This document shows, in pieces, positions 44,841-61,488 of a DNA stretch of 64,000 nt. The notes below the pieces were generated by a model, which worked only from the letters and a program-made list of their open reading frames with translations, had not been told where the DNA came from and searched no databases. The position numbers were made by a program, and so were the translations under genes. Source of the stretch: the human T2T-CHM13v2.0 reference genome, Homo sapiens; the NCBI RefSeq assembly GCF_009914755.1, contig NC_060932.1; one strand, given 5' to 3'. The number at the start of each line of letters is the position of its first letter. The first letter of the stretch is position 1.

Positions 44841-45346
44841 TTAGACACTTCAGTACAATGGACCAAGAGCACTTTGTTGACATTTTCCCCATTACCTTTA
44901 TTTGTAGCATTCATGGAGTTCAGACAGAAAGCCAGAGAGGGTCGTGGTGGTCTGTGCCTTATACTTGAGGAGAAGGGGGCCTCATAAGAAAACAGGGCAG
45001 GAGTGGGATGGCCCACTGGAAAGTGATTATGAAGCCCATGAGGACAAAGAACATGAAATGGAATAAGACAATCTAGTTAGGTTTATAAACAGAAGGGGGA
45101 GACTTTGAATGTTCATCATACACAGTTGAGGTGATACAAAAAGAATACCCACATAGAGGGAAAAAGTCCTGGAGTTGGGAATGTGCTAGGAATGAACCTG
45201 GATTGAGCCTATGGCTTCAGGAATGGAAAGAATAAGGCAAAGGAATTATGAAAAAATATTGAGCAATACTTGGCATATTATTGGATGGAGAAAATACTGC
45301 CCTGATAGGTAATGAGTCAAAAATCATTCCCAGTTTTCTTGCTCTA

Positions 45347-46845
45347 AAACTGGTTCTCAACTTTTAGCAGGCATCAGAATCACCTGGAGGAGGAGATGCT
45401 GCTGCTGGTGGTGGCCCAGAGACCACACATTGAGAACCACTGCTCTAGAAAACCATTTGTCTTTGCTGATGGAGAAACCTGGCTCTAACAGAAGGTAACT
45501 GAGGAGGAAAGGAGTTGCTTGACTTCAAGGCTATCCATCAAAAGATCACAATGAGTTATACAGTATTCAGCTATGTATCTCTGAAATCAGCCAAGCTCTT
45601 TTACATAAGAATTTTGCAATTTCCTGATTAATTCAGGATATATGTTAAATTCCTAAATTGAGCAATATGAATTTTTAGGTGGTTTTGTTGTTGATGGTAA
45701 TGGTTTGATGTTTAAGACAGTTGCTGCTTATCTTGACAAACCATGAACTCTCAAAATGTTTCCCAAGGGAAGGGCTCCATAGAGAAGAAAGGAAGCCATT
45801 ATTTCCTCTATGTCAAAATGAAATGTTCAGACCTCTGAAACCTAAATAAATGAATAAATATAAAAGCATAGATGAGATCAGCCTTCAAATCTACAAAGAC
45901 AAAATAATCAAAAAAAGGTGTAAATTACAATGGTAATAAGAGAATTTAAGAATATATATAAATTATTTTAACAGAGAAACTGTGTTCCTCCAGGGCCTGT
46001 AGTTCAAAATTTTGTAATGCACAATGATCCATCCCCAAAAAATGGAATATTGATTCAGACCCTAGGACTGCAATGTTTAAACCAGTGGTTCTCACCTGTT
46101 AGTGAGCATTAGAATTACATGGAAAGTTTAATAATAAAGACAGATTTGGGGGTCCCCCTCCCCCTCAGAGTATGTGAATCAGTAGATCTCAGTGGACTCA
46201 GGAATTTGTAGTTCAAACAATTCCCAGATGATGCTGATGCTGGATATGTGGGACCATACTTTAGGAATTGCTGTTTTTGCTCTATGGTTCACAACTTGGC
46301 CACATACTAGAATTATCTGGGGAGCTTGCTTTTTTAATTTCAATTCATAGGCCACACCTCAAAACAATTAAAATTACAATCTCTTGGGGTGTGAACCCAG
46401 GCATCAGTAGTTTTTGAAGTTCTCAGGTGTCTCCCATGTGCAGCCAAACTGGAGAATTTCTACTTATGTTAGTAGTTGTCAGACTTCAGCACACATTACC
46501 TGAAGGACTATTAAAATACAGATTGCTGGGCCCCTCTCATGGAGTTTCTGATTCTGTAAGTCTGGGTTGGGCCCAAAAATTCGCATTTCAATCAAGTTCC
46601 CAGATGATGCAGTCAGTCCTGGGACCATACTTGGAGAACCACTGGGTAAGACCAACTTCAACCCTGGCTGTATTTGGAATCTACTGGGGAGCTGGCAAAA
46701 AAATACTGAAGTTGACTCCATTCTCAAAAACAAAAGAAAACCAGATTGGGATATAATTAGTTTGGGTTGGGGTCTGGCATAAGTATGTTTTTAAAGCTTC
46801 CCAGGTGATTCTAATATGCAGCCAAGACCTGGAATCACTGCAAAA
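45347..46845. mobile_element. Cluster of MER5A/MER5B MITEs (45347-45445, then four abutting copies 46080-46845)
   Basis: Repeated cagtggttctc / gagaaccactg termini and caggtgattctaatatgcagcc motifs. Confidence 0.8.
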
Positions 46846-47025
46846 TCAAGCAAGGTGAAGACGCAGTAAATGTATCACCTGTCATGTTTGCTTGTCATCT
46901 GAATTTAAAATGACCTATTCTAACCAGAATATATTTCAACCACTACATGCAGTATCTTTATTGAAAAAATATACTACATTGAAATAAATGTAAGATCATG
47001 AGGGTCATTTCTGAATTTAAGAAAG

Positions 47026-47195
47026 GGCCAGGCACAGTGACTCATGTCTGTAATCCCAGCTACTCAGGAGGCTGAGGTGGGAGGATCGCTTTAGTCCAAG
47101 GATTCAAGGTTATTGTGAGCTATGTTTGTACCACTGCACTCCAGCCTGGGCAACAGAGCAAGACCCTATCTCAGAAAGAAAAGGAAGGAAAGGAA
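47026..47195 (+). mobile_element. Alu monomer (FRAM-like)
   Basis: Single arm with A-rich tail. Confidence 0.85.
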
Positions 47196-47859
47196 AAGAC
47201 TAGGTTAAGCCAGGAGGGGATTCTCCCTACCCCTTTTATTGCTATAAATGCAACATACCGTCTGAATTTTTTTTTAATGTTACATGGTAACCCACCCCTT
47301 TGGTGATCTGCAGCCAATCATGTAAACAGAAACATTATAACTGTTATTATAAAAGTAGTTTCCTATAAATGAGAAATTACGCTTATATCTAAATAAACTT
47401 GAAACCTGATCAAACACCCTAGCCCCAAGAAAATAACTCTGGGTTTGGACAACACAACCTAGAGTAACGTTTTACTGCCACTTGATGTTTCTGAACATAC
47501 AGGGTCATTTTTAATCACGTAGTATGGAAATAAGTTGTCTGCTACAGACAGTAAAAGCTGAGATTTGGGAGTGGAGTTGGGGTGTGGGCAGGGAGAGTAT
47601 CAAAAGGAGTTGGCTTTTAACTGGGGCTTTCTTGGACAGCTCTATGATATCAGTTAGATACATGTTTGTAAGTAATTATTTCTACTTCAGTTTTCACAGA
47701 AAATAGTGATACTATTGTGTTTTGGCAGCTGATTTAGTAAATTGCCATTCATGACCCTGCTAGAATATACTATGCAAGGTCCACTTCTTATGCCTCAGAA
47801 ATTTAGCACTGGAAAAGAACTTAGGGCTCATCAAATCTCCTAATTTTATAGTTTAGGAC

Positions 47860-48872
<1,013 letters not shown>

Positions 48873-48939
48873 TCATCGGAGTGTAGAGTGCTGGGAAACT
48901 TCAGACGCAAATTTCCATCAGCCTACCTCTGAAATCACC

Positions 48940-49800
48940 TTGGCCGAGGCGACCGCCAGGCGCATGCGCACGGGGCAGCCACCAGCTAGTTAGGGTGATC
49001 CCAGGTTAGAGGCGCCCAGGCTAGAAGGGCCCGGCTCTTGGCCCTCGCTGTCCTGCCCGCTGTCGCCGCTCTTTGGCGCCCCCGCAACAGCTCCCTCTCA
49101 GCAGGACGCGGAAAGGTCAGGGTCCCTCTCTCTCGTATATACCACAAAGAAAGCGCGTTCCCCGCGGCGCCCCGAGAGCCCTTAGGCAGACGTCCCGCAG
49201 AGTCCCAAGTCCCTACGGTGGGCCCGCGGGCTCCTGATCTGTCCAGGCCCCTAAACTATCACAAGGAGGATATTTGATGACCGTCTTTCTTCCCTCGCTC
49301 TCTCCCAACAAAGGGTAACTGACCTCTCGCGTGACCTGGCCAGCGCTGAGATTCCCTCAACACGCTTTCCCCCTATTGTGTGCAGACCCCCACAGGGCGG
49401 AGGCGAGCGGCGCGACCCACTGGACGGACGCGGCCCGGAGCTCCAGGCGCCCGGACCTGGCGGGCCCTCCCTGGGCGGGCGGGTGGCGCGTCGCCCGCCG
49501 CCGATCCGGGCGGGGTGAGGGGGGCGCTGTAATTGCAGCGCAGCTCGGGTTCCCACGCTCCTATTGTTGGCGACTTTGTTTCCAATTCCCATCACGTGTG
49601 CTAATTAGTTAGCGCTGCTGGCTGGCTGGGAGGCGTGTGGCTGGCCTAAAAGCAGAAAGATCACTTCCTGTAGGGAGCCGGGCCGGCTGAATACTACTGG
49701 GGCTTCTTTTTCTCTCCTCCTCTGCGCCTCCTTCTTGGCCTCCCAGGAGGGTGGGAGAGGGAAGGGAAGGGGAAGAAATGCTGGTTGCGGAACAAATGCC
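48940..49800. promoter_or_regulatory. Orphan CpG island / candidate distal enhancer
   Basis: CpG-rich unique sequence; NRF1 palindrome 48960-48969, RBPJ 49550-49557, E-box 49593-49598, ETS CACTTCCTG 49662-49670. Confidence 0.8.
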
Positions 49801-50479
49801 ACTGAATTGCAATAACAACCAAAAAGCTGGGGTTAGGGGGTAGGTTGGGGAATGGAAGGGGGAGAGTAAGAGCGGGGAATAGCGGAAAAAACAGGATTAA
49901 ATGAGAGATTCACATTAGATCTCTAATGCTTTACAAAATGCCGTTCACAATTTTGATCAGTTAATCTCGTCAAGACTGGGATGATGGAGGAATTTTTTCA
50001 TTTCCTCCATTCATGTTCAGTTTTTAAAAATCTGTCTTTACCCTCTGAGTAAAGCAAGCACAAGCATCATGGTACACTAGGAAAAGAGAAAAAAAGTGAA
50101 GCGAGTCATGACTTTTGAGTCAGTGACTTGCCCCTGGACCTAAGCTTCTGAGTTCTATTCATTTTGGCACTACACTTTTAGAAGGGGTGCAGTGAAGTGT
50201 CAGAGACTAACGGAGGATGGTAGTAAGTTTGAAAAATATACATGGGCCCATTACAAGAAAATGGTGCTATGTTTTTTGGCTTCTTGTTGGGCTGCAAGAT
50301 TTAGGAAGGCTCTGATTCTCCTTATGGAAGTCTCTACTTTGAAGGTACCATGATATCCATACTTCCCTACAAATGAGAGGAAAGTGGGCATTTATAAGAA
50401 CTCACCTTATAAGTGGTGGCAATAAGGGAGGAGATTTTGTCCTTTCTTTTGGAAAGTGGTGGAGGAATGAGGTCAAGAG

Positions 50480-51510
50480 TAACTCCATTCAACATGCATT
50501 TAGCAAGGATGCTTTGAGCATCTCCTATGCGCTAGGCACTGGGCTAGGGCTAGAGGCAGAGAGATAAAACATCCAGAACCTATCCTTAAGTAGCTTACAA
50601 ATCTAGTTGAGGAGACAGGTATGTATGCAGAGCAACAATTAAGGATGACTCAGAAATGGAGGTCTGTACTTGAGACTATGAGGCCAGAGAAGGGCCACAG
50701 ACCCAGGCAGGGCAATTTGGGAAACTTTCTGGAGAAGGGATGATTCATTTATCTGACACTTACATGACAAGTAACAATCGTCCAAGAGAAGAAGGGAGGA
50801 AAGGGCATTCCAAAAAGAGAAGTAGCAGAGTGTACAAAAGGCCACCGGGTCAGTGACGGAGTATGAGGCACTCTGCAAGCAGTTGTGCCCAGCGGCAGCA
50901 CAGGGCTCCAGGGGTAGGCGTGGATGAGCCAGAGAGACAGGAACCATGAAAAGTCTTGTTGAGGAGTTTGGACTTTATCCTAACAGACCTAAAGCAAAGG
51001 AGCAAAATAATTAAATTTGTCTTTTAGAAAGATTACTTGGGCAGCAATTTAGAGGCGGGATTGAAGGGTCTCGGGCTAGGGCGGGGAGAGGAGATTGGGG
51101 ACTAACCCAGTGATTCAGCAATAAGAGATATTATAAGAGACTGAAATGAAGAATGAGGTGAGCCCGATTCAAGATACTTCGAAGGTGGAACTGACAGAGC
51201 ATGGGGACCAACTTGACTTTGGCAGTAAGCAACTGGAAAAAATGCGAGACGACTCCAGGTTTCCAAGTTGTACACCTAGATGCATGATGATGGCATTCAC
51301 TGGGATAAGCAACCTGGAAGACAAAGAATAGGCTTGACTTGGAGTGAAATGATGAGTTTAGTTCGGGCCATGTTGTGGTAGAAGTGACTGGAAGGTATCC
51401 AAATAGGGATATCTAAGAGGAATGTGGATATATGTATATGGAGCTCAGATAGGAAGGGGTGGGACCAGAGATGGAATCAGTAGCAATAAGAGATAGGAAG
51501 GTGGTGTAGT
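50480..51510 (-). mobile_element. L2 fragment
   Basis: cattcaacatgcatttagcaag; aggagtttggactttatcc; gactccaggtttc. Confidence 0.75.
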
Positions 51511-51550
51511 TTGCCTGTTGCTCACCTGTGTGACCACCACTTTGCAAATG

Positions 51551-52190
51551 CAGTAAGTCCTCACTTAACATCATCAATAGGTTCTTGGAAGATGCGACTT
51601 CAAGTGAAATGTATAAAGAAGCCAATTTTACCATTGGCTGATTGATATAAGCAAGAGTTAAGTTTCCACAGCATGTTTCTGGTTACAAAAACATCAACAA
51701 ACTTCTAAATAAAGACCCAAAGTACTTGTAATAGTAAACATCAAATAAATGTGAGCTACACATACATCTAAGAAAGATTAATATTGTTGGCAATAAGGGA
51801 GAAAAAATAAAAAGAAAGATAAACAAACACTAGTAAGATAATTATTTACCCAGTTATTCCAATTCAGTGTCACAGGCCCCTGGAGCCCATCCAGGTAGGT
51901 AGTTCAGGGCACAAGGCGGGAACTAACCCTGGACAGGACACCATCCATCACAGGGTGCACGCACACACACCCGCATTCACTCAGACGGAGAGAGTTCAGA
52001 CCTACCAATGAACCTAATATGCTCATCTTTAGATGCAGTAGGAAACCAGAGGACCCAGAGAAAACTCCTGCAGATGTGGGGAGAATTCACAAGCTCCACA
52101 CACAGTGGCTCCAGCCAGGAATCATTTTTTTCTCATTAATGTTATAACAAAAAAACATTGAACAAAATGTTGTTATTCAAGGACTTGCTG
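51551..52190. mobile_element. Tigger3 (Golem)-type TcMar DNA transposon derivative
   Basis: Terminal inverted repeats cagtaagtcc ... ggacttgctg followed by TA. Confidence 0.82.
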
Positions 52191-52628
52191 TAATTCCTAG
52201 ATATGCTGCCCCAAAAGCGCCTCAGTAGGACTCTATGATCCCACTTACAGGAGGAATCAAAAGTAGTCAAATTCACAGAAACAGAGCGCAAAGTGGTGCT
52301 TGCCAGGGTTTGTGAGGAGGAGGAAAGGGGTGTTGTTTCATGGGTACAGAGTATCAGATTTGCAAGATGAAAAAGTTCTGGAAATTTGTTTCACAACAAT
52401 GTGAATATACTTTACTGAACTGTACACTTAAAAATGGTTAAAATGGTAACGTTTATGTTACATGTTGTTTTTAAGTTAATCACAATAAAGGGTGGGAAGG
52501 GATTAAGGAGGGAAGGTGATAACCCTACCAGCTGCCTCTGAACAGTACTAGGATAAAATCTATTTCTCTTCTGCTGATGGCACTCTCGCCCATTGTTGCT
52601 GGGGAGGTAAGTTAGGGCAGACATTTTA

Positions 52629-53350
<722 letters not shown>

Positions 53351-55462
53351 TAGATATACTTTTAAAACCAAGTGTTCAATACTGGGAAAATAGATAATTA
53401 AATATAGTGAAATACCACAAAACTATTACAAATTTTTACAAAAAGTTGATAGCAACATGGGAAATACTTATGAAGTTAAATGAAACAAAATTCAGAATAC
53501 AAAAGTGTATCTATACGTTGATTACAACTGTGTCAAATACAGTCTATAAATACAATTTTAAAACCTGGAAGAAAATATTCTAAAATATTTATAGCAGGTA
53601 TTTCTGGTTCCCCAGTATTATTTATTATATAAGTGCTTTATAAACATATCGAAGGCAAAAGAGGGAGAAATAATCTTCCAGTAAACATTTTTAAAGACTG
53701 AATATTCCTCCTCCATTTGAATCTGTTTCTTTTTGCTTTTCTTCTGTGAGAAAGAGGAAGCAGGGGATCTTAGCTTCAGGAAGTGATGTCAAACATCTTA
53801 GCCAATTCTAAGTGCTAGGAAGACAAATTAAGACCTTCTCTTTAATTGAATGTAATCAGTTAAACAAGGCCACCTGTGGCTGAGATGGAGCCAAGTCCTA
53901 GAGACGGCAGCTTTGGTATTAAGCAGCCCTAAAGGTCAGCACCACCCTCTGGGATGGGCTTTTGATTCTATATCAAGTTACAGGGCTGTGCTAAAAGAAA
54001 CATTCTAATCAAAACCTGAGCATGTGATTGGGTTTAGAAAGTGTTAATAAAAGGAAGAACAGTATAGAATTTTTACCTTAAGGATTGATTTCTTTAAACA
54101 TAATCAGCAACCAAGCTAGCAAAGAGTGCCTCCTGTGTGCCAGGTACGTTATTAAGCATTTCATGTATAATTAACTTGCTAATAAGCCCGTGAAATAGAT
54201 TCTACTGTTATCACAATCATCCTCACTTTGCAGATGAGGAAAGTGAGGTACAGAGCGAGATTAAGTAATTGATTCAATGTCATACAGCTTATACAGGTAG
54301 AGCTGAGACTTGAACCCAGACAGTTTGACTCCATCATCTGTGTTCCTAACCACTACACTATGTTGCTTCTCGAGATCTAAGATTGTTCTTTGCTAGGTAA
54401 TTGTGAATTCCAAACACACCTTAAATTAAACCTTGCATTTGGAGCAAATGTTTGCAGTGCATTGCGATCTCCTCATAATAGTGTAATAATTGCACAAGCA
54501 GCATTTGGGAAGTGGGAAAGTCCAGTAAAGACTGAATTAGCAGAGCTGAAATTACCAAATGATAACAAATGTCACAGGCACTTTACACATTCAGTATTTC
54601 ATCTGAGCTTCCAACATAAGGTTGAGAAGATTTTGTAAGGAGTAATTGAGCATTCCCTTGGAAGCAGAAAAATTTTCACACATGGCTTTTTCACAGTGTG
54701 GCAGGACTGTCTTTGCCACATCTAGGATAGAATCCAGGTTGGCAATGGAAGAAGACTCCTAAAAGAGTGGATAGCCTGTTGGGCCCATATTCTTTTTAGC
54801 CAAGAATTATGTCCTCAGAAATTCTCCAAAGGTCCAAGTACCCTTTGAAATCCTATATGAAGTGAAAACAAACATCATGATGCAAGTCTAAAAATAAGCT
54901 CATCCTCTTCTCCCCAAACAAATTCTTCCTTCCAGATTCCTTTACTCAGTAAATGGCACTTCCATTACCTAGTTGCCTAAGCTACTGGACACTGTGATTG
55001 CCTGTCCCAGTATCCATCCTCCCCAAGCCATGATTGTGAGTCCACCACGGTAATATCATCTTCCTTGCTAGTGATTGGTTGAGGTGGGCAGCTCCAAGTC
55101 AGTCTAGCCAATGAAGCATGAGGAGAGGCTTGCCACAGACTTCTCAGAGAAAGAGGCTAATTTCTCCCTCCTATTCTATCTGAACAACAACAACAAAAAA
55201 TGTCACTGGGGTTGGCCACGAATTGATTTGATGGGAAAACCAGCCTTAGGATGAAGCCAATGCTGGGGATGGCAGAGTAGAGACAAGGAATGTTGGGGCT
55301 GATGAACCCATAAGCCCTGAAGCTGTTCCCAGCGGTAAATCTGTTATTTGAGATAATACATTTTCTTTGTTTTTGCCAGCACAAGAAAGGGTTTCAATTT
55401 TTTGCAACAGAAAGCACTCTCACTGATATATTTTGCACATTCACATAATCATCAAGTCCAGT

Positions 55463-55849
55463 TGTATTAGTTCATTTTTCACACTGCTATAAAGAATACT
55501 ACCTGAGACTGGATAATTATAAAGCAAAGAGGTTTAATTGACTCACAGTTCCACAGGCTTAACGGGAAGCACAGCTAGGCGGCCTCAGGAAACTTATCAT
55601 CATGGTGGAAGGCAAAGGGGCACCTTCTTCACAAGGAAGCAGGAGGGAGTGAAGAGCAAGTCGGGGGAACTGCCCTCTATAAAACCATCAGATCTTGTGA
55701 GACTTATTCACTATCACGAGACCAGCATGGGGAAAACTGCCCCCATGATCCAATCAACTCCCACTAGGTTCCTCCCTTGACACAGGGGGATTATGGTGAT
55801 TACAATTCAAGATGAGATTTGGGTGGGGACACAGAGCCAAACCATATTA
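55463..55849 (-). mobile_element. MSTA/THE1D-type MaLR solo LTR
   Basis: 5-bp TSD CCAGT at 55458 and 55850. Confidence 0.92.
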
Positions 55850-55932
55850 CCAGTCTACTCTCCTTCCTAAGTATTTTGAAACCTATACACCTCTCTCCGT
55901 CCCCATTACTAATAATGATCCTGCTCAGGCTA

Positions 55933-56399
<467 letters not shown>

Positions 56400-56913
56400 T
56401 TATCTAGTCATAGGGCAAAATTTGAGTGACACCATTCCTCAGTTCATCCTAAAAGACACAAACCTCCACTCTCAACTCCTCTGACCTAATGGATCTTCTA
56501 CTGAGTGGGTTTTTGGAACCACCTCATGGTGGTCATATCACTTCATTCATATCCTTATCTCTGAGACATCCTTTGCACTGGTTGCTTGCTGCCTTGGCAG
56601 TAATCCCAAATGAAGGCAACTTCAGTTGAGTCCAAGTTATTCCCATCAGTCTTTGGACCAACCTTTATGGTGTGGCTTCACTTGGATACACCGGGGCCAC
56701 CTTGGTAGGAAATACAGTTATTTCCATCAGTCCTGATTTCAGTTAGACTCTACAAGTATTTGGTGATCGCCTACTCTGTGCTTGGAATGTGCCAGGCCTT
56801 AAAAAGGGCAGACAGTGAGCATATTCTGTTCTCTGTACCCCAGTATTTAATACATAGTTAAATACCCAATATTTAACACATAGTTCTAGTGGTACTCAAA
56901 GCTGTTTGTTAAT

Positions 56914-58775
56914 GAGCATTCCCTTTGCCCCACATCCTTGCTAGCATTTTTTATTTTTATTTTTATTTTGAGACACAGTCTCACTCTGTTGCCCAGGCTG
57001 GAGTGCAGTGGTGCCTTCATGGCTCACTGCAACCTCTGCCTCCCGAGTTCAAGCAATTCTCGGCATTTTTTATCTTTTGTTGTTAAATCTTGTTGTGCTT
57101 GTCATAGCATCATCCTTCCATATTCTTTATCTCTCTCTCTCTTTTTCTTTTTTAGATGAAGTTTCACTCTTGTTGCCCAGGCTAGAGTACAATGGTGTGA
57201 GGCAACCTCTGCCTCCCAGGTTCAAGTGATTCTCCTGCCTCAGCCTCCCAAGTAGCTGGGATTACAGGCATGTGCCACCAACGCCCCGCTCATTTTGTCT
57301 TTTATTTTTTGTCTTTTTGATAATATTCATTTTAACTGGAGTGAGATGATATCTCATTTTGGTTTTGATTTGCATTTACATGATGGTTAGTGATGAGCAT
57401 TTTTTCTTATCTGTTGGCCATTTGTATGTCTTCTTGTGATAAATGTCGGTTCAGATCATTTGCCCATTTTTAAATCAGGTTACTTAGTTTTTTGCTACTG
57501 ATTTGTTTGAGTTCCTTATATGTTCTGGTTATTAAACCCTTGTTGGGCAGTTTGCAAATATTTTCTCCCTTTTTTTTTTTTTTCGAGACAGGTCTCTGTC
57601 ACCCAAGCTGGAGTGCAGTAGTACAATCATGGTTCGCTGCAGCCTCAAACTACCAAGTAGCTAAAACCACAGTCATGCACCATCACACCTGGCTAATTTT
57701 TTATTTTTGTAAAGATGAGGTCTCATTATGTTGCCTACACTGGTCTTGAACTCCTAACCTCAATCAATCCTCCCACGTCAGCCTCCCAAAGCACCAGGAT
57801 TACAGACATAAGCCACCTTGGCCAGCAATCTTTCATTCTTTAGGCTGTCTCTTTACTCTTTTGATTGTTTCTTTGTTGCACAGAACCCCGTTAGCTTGAT
57901 ATAAGCCCATTTGTCTATTTTTTAATACACTGTTGATGGGAGTGTAAATTAGTGCAGCCACAATGGAAAACAGTATGGAAGTTCCCCAAAAAACTGAAAA
58001 TGCACCTGTCATATGATCCTGCAATCCCACTGAGATACATATATATATATGTGTGTGTGTGTGTATAATGTAAAAGAAAAATATATATAAAATACATATA
58101 TAGTATATAAAATACATATATATTATATAAAAGAAAGGAGATCAAGTCAAAGAGGTATCTGCACTCCCATGTTTACTGCAGCACTATTCACAGTAACTAA
58201 CATATGGAACCAACTTACGTGTCCATCAATGAATGAATGGATAAAGAAAATGTGTATCTATGTGTATCTGTATACACATCGATATATATATACACAATAA
58301 AATACTATTCAGCCATAAAAAATAATGGAATTCTATAATTTACAGCAGCATGAATGAGCATGGAGGACATTATAAAAAGTGAAATAAGCCAAGCACAGAA
58401 AGACAGATATTACACGTTCTCACTCGTATGTTGGAGCTAAAAATGTTGATGTCATAGAGGTAGAGAGTAGAATGATAAAGGGGATGTTGGGGGATACGGA
58501 GGTTGTTTATGGGTAAAGACACACAGTTAGATTGAAAGAATAGGTTCTAGTGTTCCATAGCACAATAGGGTAACTATAGTTAGCAATAATTTATTGCGTA
58601 TTTCAAAATAGCTAGAAGTGAACATTTGGAATGTTTCCAACACAAAGAAATAATAAATGTTTTAGATGATGGATATCCCAGTTTCCCTGATTTCAACATT
58701 ACACATTGTATGCATGTATCAAAATATTACATGTACCCTTAAACTATGTACAATTGCTATGTATCAATTTAAATA
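56914..58775. mobile_element. 5'-inverted (twin-primed) L1: minus segment ~56914-57922, plus segment ~57923-58775, with nested Alu pieces
   Basis: Read in sense, the left end (..ggggcaaagggaatgctc) continues into atacactgttgatgggagtgtaaattagt at 57924. Confidence 0.82.
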
Positions 58776-58962
58776 ATTCTTAAATGAGTCAAAGAAAGAT
58801 ATATTGGTGAATATGTGTTAGTCAGTACTCCAGCAACACACAACCTATTGAAGAGATAAACATGAATATAGTTTACCACAAGGCTCAATGGTATATAAAA
58901 TGCAAAATAAAAACATGTACTGATGCTTATTAGACTCAAGTCCCTCTTCTAAGGGCTTTATA

Positions 58963-59310
58963 TATATTCCCCTCTTACCTGCGGTTTTGCCTTCCATGAT
59001 TTCAATTACCAGTAGTCAACTGTATTCTAAAAATATTAATTGAAAAATTTCAGAAATAAACAGTTAAAAGTTTGAAATTGCAAACTCTTCTGAGTAGCAT
59101 GATGAAATCTCATGCTATCCTGCTCCATTGCGTCCAGGATGTGAGTCATCCCTTTGTCCAGCTTATCCACATGCTACCGGCCTGTTAGTCACTTCATCAG
59201 ATGACAACAACATAGTACAATATGTATAGGGTTCAGTACTATCCAAGGTTTCAGGCATCCACTGGGGGTTTTGGAACATATCACTCACAGATCAGAGGGG
59301 ACTGCTGTAT
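58963..59310. mobile_element. Tigger4 (Zombi)-type DNA transposon derivative
   Basis: cccctcttacctgcggttttgcc ... caggcatccactgggggttttggaacat...gggactgctgta. Confidence 0.78.
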
Positions 59311-60172
59311 TAATTTATCAAATCCTCACAACAACTCTTGAAATATGTACTAGTATTATCTATACTTTTCAGAATAAACTGATGCTCAGAGAGGTTAAAT
59401 ATGTTGTCCAGGATTGCACAGCTGGCGGTGTGAAGAAGCAGATAAATTTGAAAATGCAGGAGGAAGGTATTTATTTAATGAAGGATCTGAAAAAGCATCA
59501 CATCATGGAAAAATGGATTTTGAGCTAGACCTTCAGGGTGAAGTAGGTATTCAACATGCTGGGGGGTGGGTGGCATATTCTAGATTACAGAATAGCTTGA
59601 GTAAGACATAGAAGCGGATTTTCAGGGAAAAACAAATAGTCACATGTGGCTGTTGTACATGCCTACACCCTGGGTGTAGAGTGGGAATTAAGTGAGTGGG
59701 TATGATGGGAATTATGACTGGGCAAATGGTCACTAGCTCAATTGTGGAGGGTCGCTAGTGGCCCACCCAGCTTTCAATCCCTCTTATATCCTCATAAATG
59801 TTCTGTAATCTTCCATCCCTAATCAGCCTGGGTACTTCTGGCGAAGTTAACCCTATACCCAGGTGCAGAGTAGCTCCTGATTTGCTTAAGCCAATCAACA
59901 TTTTCCATTCCCCTGGCCACAAGATAGGTTTGAGGTTGGGCCTGCGACCCAGCCCTATCCAATCAAGTGAATGTTAGGACTCTTTCCCAGCATTCTGGGA
60001 CAGAACTCTCTCTCTCTTTTTCTCTCTCCTTTTGAAAGTGTGGGGTGTGTAGTCCACAAGCTGTGGCATCCTTGCAAGTACAGGACCAGCCAGCCTCAGT
60101 ACAGAAAGAAGCAGGCACCTGAGGAGGCATGGCAGGGAGACAAAGAAACTTAGTCTTTGGTCACATCATTGA

Positions 60173-61488
<1,316 letters not shown>

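Noticed and set aside
49038-49818. ORFs in the distal CpG island as a small gene
   Set aside because: Short, GC-driven, no splice or domain support
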